From contig CAYYQL010000002.1 of NCBI GenBank assembly GCA_964473825.1, positions 192,001 to 256,000 on the forward strand: a stretch of DNA of 64,000 nt, given 5' to 3'. How positions within the stretch are numbered: the stretch's first letter is position 1; the number at the start of each line of letters is the position of its first letter. The DNA comes from an uncultured archaeon (GTDB lineage Archaea > Asgardarchaeota > Thorarchaeia > Thorarchaeales > Thorarchaeaceae). The notes under the pieces were generated by a model. It searched no databases and was not told where the DNA came from. It was given only the letters and a program-made list of their open reading frames with translations. Position numbers and translations under genes: made by a program. Shown here in pieces: positions 56,411 through 64,000 of this stretch.

Positions 56411-57880
56411 TTGATGATAAAGGCGAGAATCAGAGGTATCTATTCGCACTCATTGACCCAGATAATGCTACAAAATCATTTTGAAATGGCCCAACCTACA
56501 CCTGAAGTTGCAAGACGGTTTGGCCTACCTTTTAGAAAAGAAATCCCAGATATCGACATCTGGGACCGAAGCGATCTGCAGGGTATTGTTGCAATCGCGT
56601 ACGAATCGATACTTGAACGTCTGACGGAAGTACTGAGGAGAAGACTAGGATGGGTTGTCATTCGAACCCCCAGAGTTGCAAAGAGCTCGATCTATCGAGG
56701 CATTATTCTGGGTAGAGACGAGAAGACCGGCCAAACGCGGGTAGATCTGGGTTCAGTTTCTGGTCTTCTTCCTGAGAGAGGGCTACGGCGCGGTGCTATA
56801 ATCATGGTTCAAGTAAAGGCTCATGACTATGGACGAAAGTCTCCCGTACTCTCTTCGAGTATCACTATTCCTGGTCGCGCAGCAGTTCTTCTTCCGGAGC
56901 CTGTTGTCAGACTCAGCACAAAAATCAAGGATTCTGAGATGCGCAGAGAACTCACTGCTCTGGGCAAGAACCTGAAACGATACACAGATGGATGGGGAAT
57001 TCTTTGGCGTACTGCAGCTAGGAATCTCACTCAGGAGGAACTCCGTCTAGAGGTTGAAGACCTTCTTGACGTAACTCGCCAGATATATAGCAACTATAAT
57101 GATGGAGAGCGCCCAGGACTGCTTTTCGAGGGTACAAGTAATGCAGACATAGAATTTCCTGCAGAAGTGAAGCAAGCTTTGGACGAAACAAGGTCCAAAA
57201 TAAGACCAACAATCGATAGACATCATTATTACAAAAGTGCCGGTTATGCATCCTTGGTTGATTTTGCAGAATCAATAATTGAGGAGCGGCCGGAGGAACG
57301 GAGATACATAACATCCAAACTGGAACGAGTTGTCGAACTTGACTTGCCTAGAAAAGGTGATCCAGTAAACATAGAACACGTGAAACTCGATGGACGCAAC
57401 ATTATTCTATCTCGTGGACGAGTTGTTAGTTCAGATTCATCAGGATTCTCTATCAAACGGCAGTTCCGTTATACTAATCGGAAGCTAAAACTCAATGAGG
57501 ATGTTCCCGACGGGGTAGATGTGCCACGAGATGAAGGTGACTATGCCATAGCCAAAGTAGTGCCTGGTTCTCTCACACTTGTAACTGAATATTACTCACG
57601 CAAAGGCACACTGAAAGGTACGTATATCAATATGAACACGGGTGTTGAGGTCTATCCAAACAACGGAACAAACCCAAGTCGTGTAAGATATCTGGATCTT
57701 GAGATTGACGTAATCAGTCTTCCCGGGGATGGCAACGTACGGATAATAGATCAACACCTGCTCAAGCGAGCAGTTCAGAGAGGGTTTATCACTAAAGATA
57801 TGGCTCAAATGGCTAGAGAAAAGGCCCAATCAATCTACAAAGAAGTTGGTGGCCTACCAGAAGAGCAGCATGAGCCGTAA
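56411..57880 (+). CDS. fau-1: RNA-binding ribonuclease FAU-1 (RNase E/G-like N-terminus + DUF402)
   Basis: RIRGIYS..LT, GWGILWRTAA, HH..K, IEHVK.DG, YINMNT.VE and YLDLEIDV motifs. Confidence 0.85.
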   Translation: MMIKARIRGIYSHSLTQIMLQNHFEMAQPTPEVARRFGLPFRKEIPDIDIWDRSDLQGIVAIAYESILERLTEVLRRRLGWVVIRTPRVAKSSIYRGIILGRDEKTGQTRVDLGSVSGLLPERGLRRGAIIMVQVKAHDYGRKSPVLSSSITIPGRAAVLLPEPVVRLSTKIKDSEMRRELTALGKNLKRYTDGWGILWRTAARNLTQEELRLEVEDLLDVTRQIYSNYNDGERPGLLFEGTSNADIEFPAEVKQALDETRSKIRPTIDRHHYYKSAGYASLVDFAESIIEERPEERRYITSKLERVVELDLPRKGDPVNIEHVKLDGRNIILSRGRVVSSDSSGFSIKRQFRYTNRKLKLNEDVPDGVDVPRDEGDYAIAKVVPGSLTLVTEYYSRKGTLKGTYINMNTGVEVYPNNGTNPSRVRYLDLEIDVISLPGDGNVRIIDQHLLKRAVQRGFITKDMAQMAREKAQSIYKEVGGLPEEQHEP

Positions 57881-57881
57881 T

Positions 57882-58133
57882 CTACCGTTCATTTTCAGCA
57901 AGAGTCTCAATCATTCTTACAGACAAGTCCACAGCGCCCATCAAGTCTTCAATGGTAGCCATGAAGGACTCGATATTTCTATGACAACTGACCCCCAGTA
58001 TCAATTGTTTACCTTTCCTTTGTGATTTCACCATCAAACCGTCTGGAAGTGGTACATTGTCCGGTTCAACTGAAGAAAGGACCGTTTCTGCATCCTCCTT
58101 GGACTTTAGATTTAGTCTGATTTCTGCTCTCAA
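57882..58133 (-). CDS. pcc1: KEOPS complex subunit Pcc1
   Basis: AE.V..SVEPDN and SF.AT..DL motifs, matching size and synteny after the DHH gene. Confidence 0.8.
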   Translation of the reverse strand: MRAEIRLNLKSKEDAETVLSSVEPDNVPLPDGLMVKSQRKGKQLILGVSCHRNIESFMATIEDLMGAVDLSVRMIETLAENER

Positions 58134-59446
58134 TCCGTTTCCTCACTCCCGGACGCCGAGTTCAACAACACCTCTCCTACAGCACGTCCAATAATGGAGA
58201 TTTTTTCATCTATCCGTAAGGACCGGTAGGATGTAGATACAGACTCTATAGCCGCCTCATGCAGCATTTTCATAATCATCTGGAGACTATGCTCTTCTCT
58301 CTTCCATACCAAGTGGGTTTCATTACTGTTTCCCAACAATAAGAAATCATCGTGAAGCATTCCATTCTGAGATGCAATAATGCCAAGCGTCGGAAGCAGA
58401 TCAGATCCAACATTCACCTCCAGCTCTACCACGCGACTATCAGCAATATTGGATTCTTTGTCGATGGCTGCGAACATCTGTGGTAGTGCATCCAATGATC
58501 GCTTGCTTAGTGATAGGGATTCATCAATCAGCGTTCTCAATTGCTGAGCTCTGTCCCCAAAGCACATCGCTGCGCTCAGGCCGTACTTGTTCCGTATCCA
58601 TGCTACCTTGAAAAGAACCATCATGTTCGAGAAGAATCTCATGGGACCATTGCCTTTCTCATCGGGGAACACCAAATCCTGCCCGAACACCTCGGAAATC
58701 AGTCGCGAATCAAGCAGAGGGATCAGATTCTCACTAAGGCTCTGCTGTTCCTTTGTGTCTAGGTCAAGAATCGGATTTCCTCTCTTGCTGAAAGGAATGT
58801 CCGCCTCGTCTAGCAGTTCTTCACATGCCACTCTATCACCACTAAGATTGGAAAGATATGGAAACATGCTATACTCGAGCGATTCAATGAGGGGCAGAAA
58901 ATTACTCCCGAACAACAAGAAACCCTTTCGAATATCAGCAACTCCGTGTTCTCTACAATAGCCAAGAATATCCTCGGCAGTTTCCTCTTTCCGACTACCC
59001 GCCAAGGTCCCAGCCAGTGCCAGTTTCAATTCGTTGCTACCAACGCGCAGTTTTTCTGATGCCAGAGCATAGGCTGCTAGTGTTTCTTCTCCCTGCCGGC
59101 CAAGTGTAATTGATGAAGAATCTGCGTCTGAAACCCCCATGACAAAAACCTGATTGCCTAGGTCCAGATTCTCGTCAGGATTTACCCCCACAATTGCCAA
59201 TCTGCAGCGAGGATGCGCCTCAAGAATCTCTTCAATCCTCTTTGCGGAATAGACGGGTTCGCCATACTTAATATGAAAAGTGCCCTTCACTCTCAGCATT
59301 GCCATAGAAAGCAGCACGCTCGCCATAATACACTCGGGCATAGGTGCTGTCAGAATTACTAAATACGAGTCTCCACTCAAGTCTACTTCATCACAAGCCT
59401 GCCTAATGGCTTTCAATCTTGGAACGTCAAATGCAGCCTCTTTCAT
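58130..59446 (-). CDS. Degenerate DHH/RecJ-family protein (rps15-linked type)
   Basis: L.LFG....PL.ESLEYS..PY...LSGD...C..LL and AMC.GDR motifs, in rps15-DHH-pcc1 synteny. The catalytic DxD and DHH motifs are absent. Confidence 0.65.
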   Translation of the reverse strand: MKEAAFDVPRLKAIRQACDEVDLSGDSYLVILTAPMPECIMASVLLSMAMLRVKGTFHIKYGEPVYSAKRIEEILEAHPRCRLAIVGVNPDENLDLGNQVFVMGVSDADSSSITLGRQGEETLAAYALASEKLRVGSNELKLALAGTLAGSRKEETAEDILGYCREHGVADIRKGFLLFGSNFLPLIESLEYSMFPYLSNLSGDRVACEELLDEADIPFSKRGNPILDLDTKEQQSLSENLIPLLDSRLISEVFGQDLVFPDEKGNGPMRFFSNMMVLFKVAWIRNKYGLSAAMCFGDRAQQLRTLIDESLSLSKRSLDALPQMFAAIDKESNIADSRVVELEVNVGSDLLPTLGIIASQNGMLHDDFLLLGNSNETHLVWKREEHSLQMIMKMLHEAAIESVSTSYRSLRIDEKISIIGRAVGEVLLNSASGSEETD

Positions 59447-59480
59447 CTTGAGGCCGGAAAGCTCGGCGGTTATGATAAAA

Positions 59481-59936
59481 CTATCTCAGCAAGACTGCGG
59501 CTTGTTCTGGAGAGTACTTCCAGTCAGCTGGAAGAATCTTTCTTCTCCTGTAGTACTTGGAGAGTCTATGGATCTTGCTTTCAGTCAACTTCAGACCGCG
59601 TTTGGAGACGTAATCTTTCCTATTCTCCTCCAAGTGTCTTCGAATAACTGCAGCCTTCGCAATCAGATTCCTAAGGTCTTCAGGTACTCTTCTTTCGAGC
59701 TCATTTTCCCTGATTATCTGAAGAATTCTCTTGCCAGTGACAACCTTGACAAGAGGAACACCATACTGATCACGAAGGATCATCCCAATCATACTTGGCG
59801 TATTGCCTTCTTTGGCAAGTTCGAGAACCTTCTCCTCAACCCAATCTGCATCCTTGTCCATCCACTCTGGGACACGAAGTGTTGAAGGTCGCTTGCTTCC
59901 GGATTGGCCTTTGCGTCTTGTGTGCATTCTTGCCAT
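59481..59936 (-). CDS. rps15: 30S ribosomal protein S15 (uS15)
   Basis: MARMHTRRKGQSGS.RP, S.IGMILRDQYG and ESKIHRL.KYY motifs. Confidence 0.98.
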   Translation of the reverse strand: MARMHTRRKGQSGSKRPSTLRVPEWMDKDADWVEEKVLELAKEGNTPSMIGMILRDQYGVPLVKVVTGKRILQIIRENELERRVPEDLRNLIAKAAVIRRHLEENRKDYVSKRGLKLTESKIHRLSKYYRRRKILPADWKYSPEQAAVLLR

Positions 59937-60207
59937 AAGAACGGCTCCTGTTTCTTGAGATTCCATGTACTGCTCGTTGGGCGAAAGTGAGCACGGGATT
60001 CTTAGTTCACCGTCAATAGTTTCAGGAACGAACTAAGTGAAACGTGATTCACATTATGATGCTTCAAGATAGTTGCTGAATTCTGTGGTCTTCAAGCATT
60101 CACAGCTTGCCGTCCAGACTCTTCCACTTCTATAGCATCAGTAGGTCGCCCTAAACATCGGCTCCTTTCCTCCGCTCTTGACAGCGGATATAAACATTCC
60201 CTTGTGT

Positions 60208-60852
60208 CTAGTGATACCTTCCTCTCTCGCGAATCTCTTCCATTCTGGATATTGCTTCTTCAGCATCTTCTCGTGCAGTGACTGCATATCCCTTCAGAAT
60301 CCTTTCCAGCAATTCATCTTGATGAGCCCAATGTGTAGTTTCAAGGGCTCGTCTGATTAGATGGAGATCAACTCCTTTCATTTCCACATCCGCATTCCAT
60401 TCTGCCAATCCAAAGTCAACGAGCCAGATCTTGTCCGAATCATCAACTATCACGTTACTTGTGGTAGGATCACCATGTACCACTCCCCCCTTATGCATCA
60501 AGGCTATGAGCTTCCCGAATTTCTCGAATAGCTTTTCTGAGTAGTTCAGGGGTTTCTCATCAACTATCGACTTCAACTGGCTTCCCTTGATGTAATCCAT
60601 AGTTATCGAATAGTTCAGCAAGTCTATGGAATAGACGGCCGGCGTTGGCACACCCAGTCCACGAACAAATGACAGCATTCTACATTCTCGAATCGTCCTT
60701 GATCTTCTGAGTGCAATGTCAATCTCTTCGAAAAGATACGGCTTCGCAGGTCTGGTCTTCACAATCAAGGAGCGACCCCACTTCTTCACAAGAAAGATGC
60801 ACGACTCTGCCCCCAGAGCCCATATCTCCTGCTTCACCTCGTCCCTCTCCAC
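60208..60852 (-). CDS. bud32: KEOPS kinase Bud32
   Basis: GAES, K.Y...ID..LR..RT..E, GVPTP, HGDPTTSN, VDFGL, GVDL and RGRY motifs. Confidence 0.94.
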   Translation of the reverse strand: MERDEVKQEIWALGAESCIFLVKKWGRSLIVKTRPAKPYLFEEIDIALRRSRTIRECRMLSFVRGLGVPTPAVYSIDLLNYSITMDYIKGSQLKSIVDEKPLNYSEKLFEKFGKLIALMHKGGVVHGDPTTSNVIVDDSDKIWLVDFGLAEWNADVEMKGVDLHLIRRALETTHWAHQDELLERILKGYAVTAREDAEEAISRMEEIRERGRYH

Positions 60853-61823
60853 AGAATGTCTTGCTCATCGGTTCTCCACTTGGGCAGCACAGAAGATTCT
60901 GCTATTGGAAGTCCTCCTCCGGCTTGATACTGGAGAATACCCGTCCAAGCTATCATTGCACCTTGGTCACCAGCAAGAGCAGGGGACACTCTGTGGAATT
61001 CTACTTCATGTCGATTGGCAACACCAGAGAGAATCTCTGCAAGCCTCTTGTTTCTGGCAACGCCACCTGTTAGAAGAAGCTCATTCTTCTTGGTATGCGC
61101 AAGTGCCCGTTCTGCTATCTCCGCTAGCATTCCAAAAGATGTTTCTTGGATGCTATAGCAAATGTCATCGATGTTCTCACCATCTTGGTAGAGTCTTCTA
61201 GCAGCTGTCAACATACCAGAGTAACTCAGATCCATACCCTTCACAGAATATGGTAACAAGTGATACTTATGGCCCAATTGGGCTTTCTTTTCGATATCCG
61301 GTCCTGCAGGAAACCCCATACCCGCCAATCGCCCAAAAGTGTCCAGCATATTTCCAATGGCTATATCCAGGGTTTCTCCAAAAGTACGAAAGCGTGCTCC
61401 TGCATATGCAATTATCTGAGTGTTACCGCCCGATACATACACGGTGACAGGATCTTGAAATCCAGATTCCATGCAGCCAATCTCTATGTGGGCAACACAA
61501 TGGTTCACTCCTACCATTGGAACCGCGAGTTTTGCAGATAATGTTCGGGCTATTGTCGCTGTGGTTCTAAGGCATGGACCCAATCCCGGCCCTCTGGAAA
61601 AAGCGACAATGTCAATCTCTTCGTAACCAACCCCTGCTTGACTCATCGCTTTAGATACTATCTGGGGGCCGAACTCCGAATGGTGTCTACTTGCCTCTCG
61701 TGGGTGAATTCCTCCCTCTTTCGGAGAAAGCATGTCCCATATATTAGCAAGGACCCTGCCTGTGTCATCAACTACACCAGCTCCAAACGAATGAGCAGTA
61801 CCTTCCAGACCTAAGCATATCAT
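60834..61823 (-). CDS. kae1: tRNA N6-adenosine threonylcarbamoyltransferase Kae1
   Basis: LGLEGTAH, GGIHPREA, GPGLGPCL, VNHCVAHIE, YVSGGNTQ and GETLDIA motifs. Confidence 0.97.
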   Translation of the reverse strand: MICLGLEGTAHSFGAGVVDDTGRVLANIWDMLSPKEGGIHPREASRHHSEFGPQIVSKAMSQAGVGYEEIDIVAFSRGPGLGPCLRTTATIARTLSAKLAVPMVGVNHCVAHIEIGCMESGFQDPVTVYVSGGNTQIIAYAGARFRTFGETLDIAIGNMLDTFGRLAGMGFPAGPDIEKKAQLGHKYHLLPYSVKGMDLSYSGMLTAARRLYQDGENIDDICYSIQETSFGMLAEIAERALAHTKKNELLLTGGVARNKRLAEILSGVANRHEVEFHRVSPALAGDQGAMIAWTGILQYQAGGGLPIAESSVLPKWRTDEQDILWRGTR

Positions 61824-61964
61824 TGAGCAGTTCAACCCTGTCTGTTTCTCTCAGCTTCATCCAGAATCTGATTTTCAAGCTCAATTACTCTTGTGTTTTG
61901 TACATTCTTAACAACAAAGGGTTTATAATCGCCTCACAGAGCCTCCACAACGAGGAAACCTAAC

Positions 61965-62195
61965 GTGTCCAGCGAGAAGATGCCAATTAAAGCCCTGGAA
62001 GGCAATCTAAATGAAACCGTGTCTATCAAGCTTAAAGACCAGAGGATCTTCCGAGGAAAATTAACACGTTGTGACATGTACATGAATCTAACACTTGCTG
62101 ATGCAGAAGAAGTTGAAGAAGACACGACCGTTGCTAAGTACGGACAGATTCTAATCAGGGGAAACAATATTCTCTGGATTCAAGTTCCCGCGTGA
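61965..62195 (+). CDS. Sm-like (LSm/SmAP) protein
   Basis: V.IKLKD...FRG.L...D.YMNL.L.DAEE and G.ILIRGNNI motifs. Confidence 0.93.
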   Translation: MSSEKMPIKALEGNLNETVSIKLKDQRIFRGKLTRCDMYMNLTLADAEEVEEDTTVAKYGQILIRGNNILWIQVPA

Positions 62196-62216
62196 ATATC
62201 CTCTCAAGACGCCATC

Positions 62217-63998
62217 TTACCTGTCTATCTCTCTTTGATATCGTTCGACTAGGCGAACTAGTTCTTCCTCTCCCATTTTTCGGGCCTTCTCACGAACTCT
62301 TTTGACAAATTCGTTGAATTTCTGTTCAAACCTCTTTCTGCTTATGAATGCAAATTCATCCACTCTCTGCAATTCGACTGAATTGCCATCAATAACTGGA
62401 ATCATTGCTTTGACGAGTTCTTCTTCAGCCAAATGTGAAAGGGGCGTATCTACTATCACAGCTCTTATTTCTTGCTCTATCAATATTCTAGCAGTTTGTG
62501 GTCCCCCGCCACTGGCATCCTCAAATAAGACGATATCTCCCCGTTTCAGTCCCACCTTTCGTGAGTAGCCCATGATACTCTCACGTGTGAAATGCGGCAA
62601 GGTCTTTATTGCAATCATATCTCCCCGCATTTCAAGCTTCTTGACGCCTTTTAGTCGCCGAAGTCGCTCCTCCAATTTCTTGTATTCGCTACGAAGATGC
62701 CGTACCTCACTCTGTGCCTTTCTGAGTTGAGTTTGTTTCTTTGCAACTTCTCTATCTCTCTTCACTTTCCAATAATTCTGTTTGTTCACAATCTCGAGAC
62801 TGTACGAGAGTTCATCTTCTTTGAATTGAAGATATTCTACAAGCCTTTCCAAGTCTTCTATTCTATCAGTCAGCAATTCGTTCTCTTCTTCCAAGCCCTC
62901 CACTTTCTCTCTAAGAGAATCATATCTCTCTTGAGTAAGAGGCTCTTCTTTCTTTTCCAGAGGAGCTGTAGGCATCTCAACAACTTCTGCTTGCTCTCTC
63001 ACAAGGCCAGCTATTGCCTCATTCATCGGCATTCCCTTCAGAACCAGTGCTTTCAAGTGGTCGCGCTCAACCGAAATCTGCTCTTCCCGTATCTTGTGAT
63101 CTATCTGTTCAAGCTTAGACAGGACACTCCTGTACGCATAGACTGCAGCTGTTAGAGCATCGCGTTCATGAGCATTTCCAATTTTCACATTGTCCGAGTA
63201 CTCTCTTGCTAGCTCTTGCTTATCAGCAACTGCAATGGGCTTGTTTGGCTCATAGATCTCTGCGTTGAGGGTACTTGCAATCTTCTTTACTTGATGCGGA
63301 ACAGGCGTTGTGTCTGTGGCCACAACTATGGGTACCCCATGCTCATACACTTTCCTGATAATGTCTGCCCTAGTCAATGCTCTTTTGCTTTCAAGCAAAT
63401 GCACCTTTCCTCTAAGGTTTAGAAGACATATGGCTGCAGTGGTGCCAGGGTCAACGCCGAGAATGAAGTAACGTGGAGATATCTTACTAGGGACAGGTTT
63501 TGGTTCAAGTGGAACAAACTCGGTACGTTTTCTGATGGGTGAAACTATTACATTGAAGTCCCCGCCACGTTTTGGATCTATCATCCCTCTGATTATTGGC
63601 AAGGGAGCATAGGCAACAATCCTGGCACTGGAGTAGCCGAAATCTGAGTGACGCAGATGAATATCATACTCGATATCGGCCCTCTTTAGTTCAGACTCAA
63701 CATGGCGAGTCATCTGCTGAATTTCTGAATGTATCTTTCGGCGATATCTGTTGGCGCTCTGCCCGCCTTTTCCCATCTTCCTGCCACGGGTGACTTTGAT
63801 CTCAGTCTGTTCGCTAAAACACTCTAGCGCGTAACCTACTCCCATACCAACCAACTTGGCAGCGATGCGAGCTGCTTCCAATGGTCGAAGCTTACCTCTA
63901 ATGGGGATATTATGCTGTCTAGCCAGAGTCTTCAGTTTGACTTGCTTTGGGGGAACTCCTGTTACTTGTACAATCCTTGTCTCGTGAGGAATCCTCTT
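62217..63998 (-). CDS. DUF460 (COG2433) RNase H-fold/coiled-coil protein, 5'-truncated by window
   Basis: VQVTG, GKGGQS..RYRR, GVDPGTT, VATD and HERDAL.AA motifs. The frame is open to the window end. Confidence 0.88.
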   Translation of the reverse strand, partial: KRIPHETRIVQVTGVPPKQVKLKTLARQHNIPIRGKLRPLEAARIAAKLVGMGVGYALECFSEQTEIKVTRGRKMGKGGQSANRYRRKIHSEIQQMTRHVESELKRADIEYDIHLRHSDFGYSSARIVAYAPLPIIRGMIDPKRGGDFNVIVSPIRKRTEFVPLEPKPVPSKISPRYFILGVDPGTTAAICLLNLRGKVHLLESKRALTRADIIRKVYEHGVPIVVATDTTPVPHQVKKIASTLNAEIYEPNKPIAVADKQELAREYSDNVKIGNAHERDALTAAVYAYRSVLSKLEQIDHKIREEQISVERDHLKALVLKGMPMNEAIAGLVREQAEVVEMPTAPLEKKEEPLTQERYDSLREKVEGLEEENELLTDRIEDLERLVEYLQFKEDELSYSLEIVNKQNYWKVKRDREVAKKQTQLRKAQSEVRHLRSEYKKLEERLRRLKGVKKLEMRGDMIAIKTLPHFTRESIMGYSRKVGLKRGDIVLFEDASGGGPQTARILIEQEIRAVIVDTPLSHLAEEELVKAMIPVIDGNSVELQRVDEFAFISRKRFEQKFNEFVKRVREKARKMGEEELVRLVERYQREIDR

Positions 63999-64000
63999 CA

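Overview
This is an archaeal chromosomal segment, most likely from an Asgard archaeon (Thorarchaeia-like). That call is an inference from Rpo8, a roadblock/DENN-like/MglA-type GTPase operon, PolD DP1 and Gins23-MCM. It is gene-dense and mostly housekeeping. Metabolism: hypF, iorAB, split LKR/SDH saccharopine genes, glmS, glmM, ipk and korA. Replication and repair: cdc6/orc1, rfcS/L, gins23, mcm, hel308 and DP1. Translation and RNA: KEOPS genes, uS10, eS1 and uS15, and four tRNA genes, three of which carry five BHB-type introns (10/11, about 20a/21, 37/38 and twice 59/60). The most notable unannotated structure is a probable replication origin at about 3.64-3.90 kb, about 24 kb from cdc6. It has two inverted ORB elements around an AT-rich spacer, bracketed by a second palindrome (GAAC-N4-GTTC) that also sits in the promoter of an adjacent orphan Cas2-like small gene. 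A third ORB at 7.9 kb lies in an array of ATTCACA repeats in front of a winged-helix gene. Other candidates are a tandem-roadblock + folliculin/DENN-like + MglA operon, a dispersed VirB4/HerA + VirB2-like + TadA + Flp-pilin + Ig-adhesin locus, a duplicated 62-bp dyad element and a possible box C/D sRNA. No CRISPR array, rRNA, transposase or integrase was seen. All calls come from reading motifs by eye; no searches were run.
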